Source: Patescibacteria group bacterium
GTDB taxonomy: Bacteria > Patescibacteriota > Minisyncoccia > Phycocordibacterales > UBA1006
Direction of reading: 5' to 3'
Length of the DNA stretch: 64,000 bases
Assembly (NCBI GenBank): GCA_028286885.1
Contig: JAQBQS010000016.1
Span: 70,464 to 134,463 of the forward strand
The notes under the pieces were generated by a model. That model was not told where the DNA came from, did not search any database, and worked only from the letters and a program-made list of their open reading frames with translations. The translations under genes and the position numbers were made by a program. Below are positions 20,518 to 30,798 of the stretch, piece by piece; the stretch's first letter is position 1, and each line of letters opens with the position of its first letter.

Positions 20518-20571
20518 AAACGAATTAGGTTAATCCAGGGATTCATATATAATTATAGATACTCTTTTTCT

Positions 20572-23500
20572 ATGAATGCTCTTTCTCGATTAACAAAAAC
20601 GAAATATTTCTTTGCAGGAATGATCGTTGCTGCGATCGCAGGGTATTCGCTGTTAGTCTATGCTGCCGCGCCATCCGGAGGATATGCGCCGGGAGCGACG
20701 CTGAACCCAGACTGCGGACCGAATGATACGGACTGCGCAGTTAATTTGCCCACGGGGGGGGGGGTGGCAGCTTTCAGGCAATAGCGGGACAAGTTCAGCG
20801 AGTGATTTTTTAGGAACAACGGATAATCAGCCTCTTGTATTTAAAGCCAATAGCTCCGAAGCGATGCGCATTCTTGCCAACGGAAATATCGGAATAGGAA
20901 CACCGACGCCGACGGCTTCATTGTTTATTCAAAAAAAGCCGGGAACGGTTCCGTTTGTCGTACATGATTCTGATTCCAATCCGAGCCACATCCTCTTTGG
21001 AGTTTCGGAAAACGGAGACCTTTCAAGCAAGGGAGATGCGCAGATCGGCGGCAACGCATTTGCAAATGGCGTAGGCATCGGCATTTTTTCCTCGCTTCAA
21101 GCGCGGCTGCACATCGTTGCCGAGCAAACGACGTCAGGCGGAAGCCCTTCGTCCATCAGCTCTACGACCTACCATGGCGGAGGCGGCGAACTTGCCGATG
21201 CGACTGTCGGCGGAAACTATACAGGAACCACGGACTGTACGCTTGCTGTGGGCATTGCCGACACGGCTCCTGGAAATGGGCATACAAACGACACCTTCGA
21301 ATTCGGACCCGTCTCGGGAAGTTGCACGGGTATCAGCGGCGGATCGCCGGTGGAAATTACGCCCGGAGTTCCGCAGGCAATCGGGAGCAGCGGAGTTACC
21401 GTCACTTTTGCGTCGGGAACGGGACACACGCCGCTCGACATGTCGTCCGGTATCGACCATTACTATTCTGCCGACATTACGGCCGGCACGGCAGGAACTG
21501 TTATCCCCGGCGCTGATCCTTTTCTCATCAGCAATAGCGCGAGCGATACGCTTTTCAAGGTTGCAAACGACGGCACGATTACGATCGCGGGACTCGACTA
21601 TGTTTTTCCGACAAGTCCTTCAACTTCATACGGCGATGTCCTGACCAATGACGGATCGGGAAATTTGTCATGGGCTCCTGCGAGCGGAGGAGGCGGAATC
21701 GGAAGCCAAACCTGTTCCACGGGCCAGTTTGTTACGGGATGGAACGGTTCGAATTTTACGTGCGACACTCCGTCGGGCGGAGGCGGTGGTTCTTCGCTTG
21801 TGGGGCTGACTGACTCTAACAGTACATGGCTTGGCGTCGGAGCGGGAGACAATGCTGCGACAGACTTGACTACGTTCATTGGTCTAAATGCTGGTAGTGG
21901 TGCAACAGATGCCGTAGGTTCGACCTTCATCGGAAGGGTTGCAGGATCTAATTCCGCAAATGCGGCGCATGCTATCTTTATTGGTGATGCAGCCGGTTAC
22001 AACGACAGTGTTAGTAATGGATTATCGGACAGTTCGATTCTGATCGGTAATTCGACTTCGACAGGAGGCTTCTCAAATTCGATTGCTATCGGCAAGGAAG
22101 CCGCGAACACAGCTGCGAACCAGTTCCTCATTTCAGATAGCATTTCAAAATTTGCATTTCCAGGTTCCAAGGCGTTCGGGATAGGTACCAATTCCCCCAC
22201 GGCGGCGCTCGATGTCGTCTTGCCGAATCCTTATTACACGTATCATCAGCGATTTACCGGCGCAGGAGGCACCGGAAATCCTAATAATGACGCAACGTTT
22301 TCAGGAACATATACAGGATCTCATCCCGATGACGTTTTCACAGTAACAATCGATTCAACAGGTTCTCCAGATACGTTTTCGTGGTCTGATAGCCGAGGTG
22401 ATGGATCAGGATCCAATGTCTCTATCACAGGCGGATCTCAAACGCTCATTGATGGGATCAGTGTTCAATGGGGCAGTACGACCGGTCACACGATGGGAGG
22501 AGGCTCTTCGGGAACCACGGAACTTACCGTCGGAAATTCGCCAGCCTTTCAGATTCGCGGCGCTTCCGGTTCGCCATACTTTGCCGTGAACTCGGTTGTT
22601 AAGGGCAGTACGTTTATCGGCGAAGAGGCGGGAATCGGTGCGACAAGCGCAACAGATTCCTTCTTCACCGGATACCAGGCAGGAAACGGCGCGACCAATG
22701 CCTCTCTTTCAATCTTTACCGGTAACTCATCAGGACTTGGCGCTACCGATGCCTTCAATTCGATCTTCGTAGGTGTTGAAGCGGGTTATCAGGCAACGAA
22801 CGCGAGCGGTGCAAACTTCATCGGCGATGGTGCAGGATTCACTGCCGCGCATGCTGCCAATTCGAATTTCATCGGCAAGAATGCCGGATTCGATTCTGCA
22901 TATGCTACAAATTCGACCTTTATCGGACGTCAAGCAGGATATCAGGTTGCGACGAGCAGCAGTTACGATTGTGTCGCGGATGTCATGAATCCTTGTTTCA
23001 GCAGTCTCATGATAGGAGATGGTGCAGGATATAACGCTACCGATGCGCACAACTCGCTCTTTATCGGAAACGGAGCCGGTTATTTAGCAAACGCGGCAAA
23101 TAATTCACTGTTCTTGGGAAATGCGGCAGGCAGCAGCGCGACAAGCGCCAAGTATTCTACATTCGTAGGAGAAGGCGCAGGATCAAATGGAACCTATGCA
23201 ACAGCTTCGGTATTTATTGGAAGTGGGGCCGGGTATCTCACAGCGCAGGATAGCGCTTACGGTACCGATTACTTTTACGGCACTTATATCGGTTACAATG
23301 CGGGATACGGGGCGACGGATTCGCACGAGTCGAACTTCATAGGAAAGCTCGCCGGGTATAATGCTGCCAATGCGATCAATTCGAACTTTATCGGTTCGGA
23401 GACGGGTAAGGAATCAAATGCGGATAATGCGAACTTCATCGGTACGGCCGCAGGCTGGCTTGCAACGAATGCAAATAACTCAACCTTCCTCGGAGCAAGT

Positions 23501-24586
23501 ACGGGGTTCCGGGCCAGTAATTCAAGCGATTCATTCTTTGTTGGTACGAATGCCGGAGCTTATGATAACAATCTCACAGGTACGCAAAATGCCGCCCATT
23601 CAATCTTCATCGGTACAAATGCCGGATATACGACCGCAGACCACGCTTTGGATAACACCCAAGACCCAGATGACTATTCGATCCTGCTTGGAAACAATAC
23701 CTCGACAGGAGGATTCAAGAACTCGATTGCGCTTGGCGGGAACGCCACAAACACCGCATCAAACCAGTTCATGATCGGTTCGACGGCTCGTCCGATCAAC
23801 TCGATTGTGATGAACAGTACATCTCAGACCGGATGTACGATCGTTGCAAGCGGAATCTCGTGTTCGTCTGACCAGAGACTCAAGACAAACATTGCAGACT
23901 TGCCAACAAACGCACTTGATACGCTGACGAAGGTTCGAACGGTTACATACAATTGGATCAACCCGGCGGCAGGCCAGGATCAGAATCTTGGATTTATCGC
24001 TCAAGACTTGCAGCAGTACTATCCTCAGCTTGTTTCAGTAGGCGCAGGCGGATACCTCCAGGTAAACTACGCCGGAATTACTCCTGTCTTGGTGCAATCG
24101 ATCCGAGAACTCAACTTGAAACTTGTCGACATCCAAAAAGTCGCCGATGCGACGGATAAGACATTCTTGAACAATCTGATCGCATGGTTTGCATCATCGG
24201 CAAACGGAATAGGAGATTTGTTTGCAGGCTCGATTCATGCCAAGGATACCGTTTGCATCCAGGATGTCTGCGTGACGAAGCAAGATCTTCAGAATTTGAT
24301 AAACGCGCGAGGGCAGTCTGTCATCCAGCCCGTGCCTCCGGTGACGGTAACGACCTCATCCGGCAATGAATCTGCAACCGATTCATCGGCGCCTGTACAA
24401 GAAGACCCATCGGAAACCGTTTCCGACACGGTAAATTCAGATTCAACAAGTTCAGAACCCGTTATCGATCCGATAGTCTCATCGGACGCTTCGGGAACTG
24501 TTACAACCGACACGACTGGTACGGGTCCGTCAAGCGATACGTCAACACTGCCAGCATCATCGGATGCATCTCCGGCCATTGAATAA
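20572..24586 (+). CDS. giant secreted beta-solenoid fibre protein 1 with C-terminal tail-fibre-type intramolecular chaperone/autoprotease domain; reading frame interrupted at a poly-G tract
   Basis: Signal peptide, then VYAAAPSGGYAPGATLNPDC (frame 1). After the G11 tract the protein continues in the +1 frame for 1287 codons. It has 17-aa SxFIGxxAGxxA repeats and ends CSSDQRLKTNIADLPTNALDTLTKVRTVTYNWIN...LGFIAQDLQQYYPQLV...ITPVLVQSIRELNLKL (S74-like). Confidence 0.7.
20754..20764 (+). repeat. G11 homopolymer causing a frameshift (possible slipped-strand phase switch or assembly error)
   Basis: cac-ggggggggggg-tgg. G10 or G13 would fuse the signal-peptide ORF to the 1287-aa ORF. Confidence 0.8.
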
Positions 24587-24587
24587 T

Positions 24588-24613
24588 AAAAAAGCCAACG
24601 GGGCTTTTTTATT
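24588..24613 (+). terminator. weak terminator after fibre gene 1
   Basis: aaagcc-aacgg-ggcttttttatttg. Confidence 0.4.
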
Positions 24614-24640
24614 TGAAAAAACAAGGTTTCAAGGTATACT
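24613..24640 (+). promoter_or_regulatory. sigma70-like promoter of fibre gene 2
   Basis: TTGAAA-16 nt-TATACT. Confidence 0.5.
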
Positions 24641-24663
24641 GTGCTGAGCAATTTCCTCAACGC

Positions 24664-27600
24664 ATGAATTTTTTCTCATTCAAAAATAAATATGCACTCA
24701 CGACGCTCGCGATTCTCGCGCTTGTTTCATATTCGTTCATCGTTTACGCCGCCGCGCCATCGGGCGGATACGCTCCGGGCGCAACGCTCAACCCTGACTG
24801 TGCGCCGGGGAGCAGTGTTGATTGTGTTGTAACTCTTCCCACAGGTTCCGGACTTATCGGTTCGACGAGCGGCGTGACAAGTTCGCCGACTCCTTCGGGA
24901 ACCCGTTTTGAAACATGGCTTGGACAGAGGGCTGGTTTGAATGCGACCACTGATCACAATGACCACACGGTCCTCATTGGGGTAGATGCAGGAAATGGTA
25001 CGAACTACGATTTCTATTCCAATTTTATCGGAGCAGAGGCAGGAATGAATACGAGTAGTGACAATCATTCGAACTATATCGGCTATCAGGCTGGTAAGAA
25101 TACTTCAAATTCTTATTATGCGAACTTCATAGGGTATGGCGCGGGTGATGGATCAAACGATGCCATAGGATCGGTTTTTATTGGTGCTGTTGCAGGTAAA
25201 AACGCCAGCGGTTCGGCTTCTTCTACGTTCGTCGGAAATGGCGCGGGCATCAATGCTCAAAATTCGATAAGCTCGGTATTTCTCGGGGATGCTGCGGGGT
25301 ATGGCGCTTCCGATGCGTCCCTTTCGGTATTTATTGGAAGCCAGGCAGGCATAACCTTTTCAGGCGGCAAGAAGGCCCATGCAATTTTCATCGGCGCTAC
25401 TTCTGGATTCAATGATCAAGTTGATAACGTCACGACTCCGGGCACTTCGATTTTGATCGGAGAGGGCACTTTAACGGGCGGCCATTCCAATTCCATAGGT
25501 CTTGGTACCAATGCAGTAAACACCATGTCCAATCAGTTTCTGGTTGCATCATCATATGTCAATTGGCAGATTGCCGGTGTTGATTATGTTTGGCCGACAT
25601 CACAGGCAGCAGGAGCGGGATATGTGCTTACCAACGATAGTGCTGGTAATTTGTCATGGGCGCCGGCGGGATCAGGTAGTGGAACGGTATATGACGACAA
25701 GCAGATTGTGTTCGGCGACGGTTCTACTGCAGGCGGCGTGACAAGTCCGAACTTTCTTTGGAACAATTCGAGTTCGCGCTTCGTAACGGCGGGAGCTTCA
25801 GGCGCCGAGCCTGTCATTGACGCTGACTACCACAGCGGATTACCGATTGTCACGATAGGAGCGAACGGATATGGAAATGAAACTAATCTCTTTCTTTCGG
25901 ATAACCACGGGACGGCCCGCCTCGGTTCCTCGCTCCTTCAATCTCAATTATCCATAACAGGAGACATGGGGCTTGCCCAGCTCGGTGATGGATTTGGAAT
26001 GGGAAACAATACTCTGCTCACCGTCAATGACGGTTCGCAATTCATCACTCTTGCCGCATCAACAGGGACCCTGATCCAGGATAATGTCGGAAACACTTGG
26101 TTGAACGTGAATCCGTCCGGATCAACAGTATCACTTGGAAATCTCGGCGCTCCTTCGGGAACGACATTTACAATAGACGATGTTGGCGAGAGTTATACAT
26201 TTTCAAAACCAAACTTCGCCATCAATGGAGTTAATTACATTTGGACTGGGAGCCAGGCAACAAGCTACGGCGATGTTTTGACGAACGACGGATCAGGAAA
26301 TCTGTTTTGGGCGCAGCCTCCGGGTGGTGGTGGAATAGCATCTCAAACATGTTCAGTTGGCGACTTTGTAACTGGTTTCGACGGAACCAACTTCAATTGT
26401 GGTGCGGGAGGTTGGTCATTAACCGGCAATGCCGGAACGGATGGAGGAACGACAAATTTCATCGGTACGACCGATGCGCAGGATTTCGTCATCAAGACGG
26501 ACAGTTTAGAAGTCGCTCATTTCTACAATGACACGTCGGCTAATTCTTACAGCATTTCACTTGGACAGGAAAGTATAGCCACGGACGCTGGAATGTTCGT
26601 AGCGGGAGGGGGTGCAGGAACCAACTCAAGCACTTCGGCCAATTCGATATGGATGGGAAACAGCACAGGTTACAATACCGACGGGGCTACCAGTTCAATC
26701 TTTATCGGTGATACCGCAGGTCAATATGCTGACAGTGCGAACGATTCGGTATTTATGGGAACCGCGGCCGGAAACAACGCGTCCAGTTCGTTTACTTCCA
26801 ACTTCATCGGCTACAATGCCGGGAACGGAGCCGCATCATCTGAAGATTCGAACTTCATCGGTACTCATGCCGGAGATGCTGCGTCAGGTTCGCATCGTTC
26901 CAACTTTATTGGAGCCTATGCAGGTCAGAACTCGACGGGTTCAGGCGAGTCAAACTTCATCGGATACTATGCCGGTTATGGTGTCACAGGCGCGTTTGAT
27001 TCCAACTTTATCGGAGGGAGTGCAGGATACGGAGCCGATCAGGCCAACCAATCCAACTTCATCGGTCCGAACGCAGGATATAACGCGACAAATGCTAACC
27101 AGTCCAACTTCATAGGAGGACAGGCGGGGCAGGATGCGCAGTATGCGTCTTTCTCATCTTTCATGGGATACCAGGCCGGTTATGGTGCAACTTATGCAGC
27201 AGATTCAGTCTTCCTCGGAAGAAATGCCGGGCAGGATGCGGCGGCTGCATCTAATTCAATCTTCGTCGGAAAGCATGCGGGACAGAGCGCGTCGAATGCC
27301 TCCAATTCAATTTTCATCGGATATAATTCGGGAAGCGGAGATTCCGTTGACAACACCTTCGGAGACTCGTCGATTTTAATCGGTAACGGTTCCTTAACCG
27401 GAGGGTTTTCAAACTCGATCGCACTCGGAACGAATGCGACCAATACTGCGGTCAACCAGTTCCTTATCGCGCCGTCATATGTAAATTGGCAGATTGCCGG
27501 AGTGGATTATGTTTGGCCAAACGCTCAGGCGGGAGGTCCTGGATATGTTTTGACGAATGATGGTTCTGGAACATTGACATGGTCCACAGGTGGGGGGCTC

Positions 27601-28905
27601 ATTGGTTCTACGAGTGGAATTACCAATTCTCCAGTTGCGGGTGTTACAGAAGAGACATGGCTTGGTGCTGGCGCAGGATCAAGTGGAGCAGAGATGGAAA
27701 ATACGGTGTTTATTGGAGTAAATGCAGGATCAGGTGCGGCGGGAAGAAGAGGTATCATCATAGGTAGAGATGCAGGAGTTAACAGTGTCGGCGGCAGCAA
27801 TGTATTTATTGGAAACACGGCAGGCAATAACGCCGTCGCAGGAGGGGCTACGTTTATTGGTGATGGTGCAGGATTGAATTCAACCCTCTCAAGCGGATCA
27901 ATCTTCATGGGTCGACTAGCAGGTAGCGCAACAACAAATGCTACAGGATCAATTTTCATCGGACAGCAGGCAGGAGAAGGAGATACGGTAGACAACCTTA
28001 CCGTTCCGGGAACTTCGATTTTGATCGGAAACGATACCAGAACGGGCGGTTATTCGAACTCGATTGCCCTTGGAAAAAGCGCAATCAACAGCGCGACTAA
28101 TCAGTTTATGGTCGGCTCCTCGTCAAGCCCGATCGATCAATTCGTCATGGTAGGAAGCGGCGGGGCAACCTGTTCGCTCGACGCCAATGGAACGTCATGT
28201 TCATCGGATGAACGGTTGAAGACAAACATTAGCGACCTTACAACAAACGCGCTTGATACGTTAACAAAAGTTCGAACGGTTACGTTCAATTGGATAAATG
28301 GTGCTGACTCAAATCAGCATCTCGGATTCATTGCTCAGGATATACAGCAGTTCTACCCGCAACTTGTTTCAACAGCTTCAAACGGATACCTGACAGTAAA
28401 CTATGCGGGCATTACGCCAGTATTAGTAGAATCGATCCGCGAGCTTAACTTGAAACTGATCGATATTCAAAACTTTGCGGCAGCGACTGACAAGACGTTC
28501 TTGAATACGCTGATCGCATGGCTTGGAAATGGGGCGAATGGAATTACGGATCTGTTCGCGAAGAACATTCACTCGGATTCAGTGACGACCGCGCAGCTAT
28601 GCGTAGGATCGACATGCATCAGCGAGACAGACCTTCAAAAGTTTAAGACATGGGAAGCGTCCCAGCCACAGACACCTCAGGTTTCTCCATCAGGAGGAGG
28701 ATCTTCAGATCCAGCTCCAAGCGGTGACAGTCCTGCGCCGTCTGACAATGCTGATACGTTGACACCTGATGCAAGTCAGGACGGCGCTCCGGTTGTAGAT
28801 GCTCCGGCAGACTCGTCGTCTTCGGATCCTGTTGCGCCAAGCGCTCCGCAAGACAGCGGTGCGCCAGCGCCTGCACCGAGCGACGCTCCGGCAGTCGCGC
28901 AGTAA
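24664..28905 (+). CDS. giant secreted beta-solenoid fibre protein 2 (about 1413 aa) with C-terminal tail-fibre-type intramolecular chaperone/autoprotease domain
   Basis: Paralog of fibre 1 with the same N-terminal FIVYAAAPSGGYAPGATLNPDC. More than 10 tandem 17-aa SNFIGxxAGxxA repeats. C-terminus CSSDERLKTNISDLTTNALDTLTKVRTVTFNWIN...LGFIAQDIQQFYPQLV plus a Pro/Ser/Asp-rich tail. Confidence 0.75.
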   Translation: MNFFSFKNKYALTTLAILALVSYSFIVYAAAPSGGYAPGATLNPDCAPGSSVDCVVTLPTGSGLIGSTSGVTSSPTPSGTRFETWLGQRAGLNATTDHNDHTVLIGVDAGNGTNYDFYSNFIGAEAGMNTSSDNHSNYIGYQAGKNTSNSYYANFIGYGAGDGSNDAIGSVFIGAVAGKNASGSASSTFVGNGAGINAQNSISSVFLGDAAGYGASDASLSVFIGSQAGITFSGGKKAHAIFIGATSGFNDQVDNVTTPGTSILIGEGTLTGGHSNSIGLGTNAVNTMSNQFLVASSYVNWQIAGVDYVWPTSQAAGAGYVLTNDSAGNLSWAPAGSGSGTVYDDKQIVFGDGSTAGGVTSPNFLWNNSSSRFVTAGASGAEPVIDADYHSGLPIVTIGANGYGNETNLFLSDNHGTARLGSSLLQSQLSITGDMGLAQLGDGFGMGNNTLLTVNDGSQFITLAASTGTLIQDNVGNTWLNVNPSGSTVSLGNLGAPSGTTFTIDDVGESYTFSKPNFAINGVNYIWTGSQATSYGDVLTNDGSGNLFWAQPPGGGGIASQTCSVGDFVTGFDGTNFNCGAGGWSLTGNAGTDGGTTNFIGTTDAQDFVIKTDSLEVAHFYNDTSANSYSISLGQESIATDAGMFVAGGGAGTNSSTSANSIWMGNSTGYNTDGATSSIFIGDTAGQYADSANDSVFMGTAAGNNASSSFTSNFIGYNAGNGAASSEDSNFIGTHAGDAASGSHRSNFIGAYAGQNSTGSGESNFIGYYAGYGVTGAFDSNFIGGSAGYGADQANQSNFIGPNAGYNATNANQSNFIGGQAGQDAQYASFSSFMGYQAGYGATYAADSVFLGRNAGQDAAAASNSIFVGKHAGQSASNASNSIFIGYNSGSGDSVDNTFGDSSILIGNGSLTGGFSNSIALGTNATNTAVNQFLIAPSYVNWQIAGVDYVWPNAQAGGPGYVLTNDGSGTLTWSTGGGLIGSTSGITNSPVAGVTEETWLGAGAGSSGAEMENTVFIGVNAGSGAAGRRGIIIGRDAGVNSVGGSNVFIGNTAGNNAVAGGATFIGDGAGLNSTLSSGSIFMGRLAGSATTNATGSIFIGQQAGEGDTVDNLTVPGTSILIGNDTRTGGYSNSIALGKSAINSATNQFMVGSSSSPIDQFVMVGSGGATCSLDANGTSCSSDERLKTNISDLTTNALDTLTKVRTVTFNWINGADSNQHLGFIAQDIQQFYPQLVSTASNGYLTVNYAGITPVLVESIRELNLKLIDIQNFAAATDKTFLNTLIAWLGNGANGITDLFAKNIHSDSVTTAQLCVGSTCISETDLQKFKTWEASQPQTPQVSPSGGGSSDPAPSGDSPAPSDNADTLTPDASQDGAPVVDAPADSSSSDPVAPSAPQDSGAPAPAPSDAPAVAQ

Positions 28906-28928
28906 AAATTCCCGAAAGGGAGTTTTTA
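28906..28928. terminator. short GNRA-loop hairpin terminator between convergent genes
   Basis: ttccc-gaaa-gggag-ttttt, with the complementary T-run on the other strand. Confidence 0.4.
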
Positions 28929-29372
28929 TATTGCAAATAAAAAATCCCCTCGGTCGAGAAGGGATCTTGAAATAGTTGTCTGTCTCACGACGCGGACGAT
29001 GCACTTGGCTCCGTTGAGGATCATGACGGCATATCCTACTTGGTATTTTTCGTTCTGACTCGGCAGATAGCGCGCATTGATGAGGGGTTCCTCCATGATC
29101 GCTTTTATTAAATGCGAATCAGGGCTTGAAATTTCAAAAAAAGCGTGCATTGTTTCGGTCTTGGTGCTTTCTCTGTATCGCCCGACCATAATCGGCTTGA
29201 TGACATAGAGCGGCCGGAACGATCCGACTTGCAGCGAATCAAAGCGGCCCTTAGCGGTTATGTGCATGATATCGTCATCGATCCGGATGGAGTCCATCAG
29301 TTTCGGGTAATCTTGCGCATGCATGCAATTCGAAGTTCCAAAGAATAAAAGGGCAAGGAGCAGTTTTCTCAT
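28926..29372 (-). CDS. secreted hypothetical protein (148 aa)
   Basis: N-terminal signal peptide MRKLLLALLFFGTSNCMHA. Confidence 0.45.
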   Translation of the reverse strand: MRKLLLALLFFGTSNCMHAQDYPKLMDSIRIDDDIMHITAKGRFDSLQVGSFRPLYVIKPIMVGRYRESTKTETMHAFFEISSPDSHLIKAIMEEPLINARYLPSQNEKYQVGYAVMILNGAKCIVRVVRQTTISRSLLDRGDFLFAI

Positions 29373-29449
29373 CGGGAATGGTTTTTGTTTGGAACAAAGA
29401 TACCATCTTTTTTATGGATTATCAAGACGATCGGAATATTTTCATTTAG

Positions 29450-30286
29450 TTACCCGAACCATTGCGATTCTTTCTCGCCTTCGCGCACAACGCGCTCGAT
29501 AATAAACTTCGCGTTTTCAAATCGCGCCTTCGTTATTTTTACGCGCTTTCCGTTTTGGAAAAAGTGGATTCCCGGCCACGGCTGATACGCCCGGTATTTT
29601 CTCCAAAGGATTTCCGGATCGTCATTCATTGGATCAATAAGGCCATCTTCTTTTTTCGTCTTGCCGCAGTGCGTCATGTTCGTCTCATCCTGCTCGACGA
29701 GAATTTGCTCGCCGCGTTCAAATGCGGGAATGGCATACTCGGCAAGAAGCCGTCCGCCGATTGCAATGAGTTTTGCGCGCAGGCTTGGCGTCGTGTCGTC
29801 GGCTTCGATGGGAATGCGTTCCTCCGCGACGATCGGTCCCGCGTCCAATTTGAAAACCATTTTTTGGATGGAAACGCCGGTTTCTAAATCTCCCGCCAAA
29901 ATCGCTGCCTCAACCGGTGTTGCGCCTCGCCATCTGGGCAAGAGGGAATAGTGGATGTTCAACGTGCCGAGATTCGGCAGGTCGATCAGTTTCTGCGGCA
30001 GGATTTTTCCGTAGGCAACGACGATGAACAAGCCTGCATTTTCAGCCGCAAGCTTTTCCATAACCTCATCCGTGATTTTTTCCGGCTGCAAAACAGGAAT
30101 ATTGTTTTCGTCCGCCCAAACTTTCGCCCTACTTGGCGTCATCGTGAAATGGCGTCCGACGGGCCGGTCAGGGCTTGTTATAATCAAACTTGGCATGTAT
30201 CCGTGCTCCTTCAAAATTTCCAAGGTTTCGGATGAGACGTCAGGCGTTCCGAAGAAGACGAAATTGAGTTTTTTGGATTCTTGCAT
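29450..30286 (-). CDS. fmt: methionyl-tRNA formyltransferase
   Basis: FFGTPD...NIHYSLLPRWRGATPVEAAI...; formyl-transferase fold with C-terminal domain. Confidence 0.85.
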   Translation of the reverse strand: MQESKKLNFVFFGTPDVSSETLEILKEHGYMPSLIITSPDRPVGRHFTMTPSRAKVWADENNIPVLQPEKITDEVMEKLAAENAGLFIVVAYGKILPQKLIDLPNLGTLNIHYSLLPRWRGATPVEAAILAGDLETGVSIQKMVFKLDAGPIVAEERIPIEADDTTPSLRAKLIAIGGRLLAEYAIPAFERGEQILVEQDETNMTHCGKTKKEDGLIDPMNDDPEILWRKYRAYQPWPGIHFFQNGKRVKITKARFENAKFIIERVVREGEKESQWFG

Positions 30287-30383
30287 AGAGCGTATTGTAC
30301 AAGAAAACGAGGAGGGGATTACTTGACAATGTCTTATAAAATAGATAATCTGGCTTTAAATTACGTTACTAAAACAAAATAGC

Positions 30384-30773
30384 ATGATGTTAGGATTACA
30401 TACCTATATTGCCACACGACAGGTTCAGATAACTGATCCATTTGGAGAAAGTGTGTTTCCTTCTCTTGTCGAGCTTTTAAAAAGTTCGGAAAATCAAAAA
30501 GTACTTCGCCATGTTGGATTTCGAAAAGGCAAAAAATACCGGGATATTGTCGATGCACTCTTGTGTGAGGCATTCCCCGATTTTCTTGATCCCTGCCTGC
30601 TTTTCTATAATGGAGGGGGTCCGAAACTTTCCGAGATGAAAACGACCCAAGAACTCATCGAACTCGAACAGATGCTTTTGAAAGTTATTAAAATTGCCGA
30701 ACAATTTCAATCAGAGCAAAAGATAACTTGGATTTCATTCCGATTGAAGGCATCTCAAAAACCGAACTTATAG
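30384..30773 (+). CDS. hypothetical protein (129 aa)
   Basis: ORF convergent on def. Its stop lies inside a strong terminator hairpin. Confidence 0.4.
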   Translation: MMLGLHTYIATRQVQITDPFGESVFPSLVELLKSSENQKVLRHVGFRKGKKYRDIVDALLCEAFPDFLDPCLLFYNGGGPKLSEMKTTQELIELEQMLLKVIKIAEQFQSEQKITWISFRLKASQKPNL

Positions 30774-30785
30774 TTCGGTTTTTTA
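30756..30785. terminator. bidirectional terminator
   Basis: aaccgaact-tat-agttcggtt flanked by A and T runs. Confidence 0.65.
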
Positions 30786-30798
30786 TTTCTCATTTATT

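Noticed and set aside
20800-28600. Highly periodic repeats could be mistaken for a CRISPR array
   Set aside because: The repeats are in-frame coding repeats (51 bp, 17 aa) with degenerate sequence and no spacer/repeat alternation. No cas genes are present.
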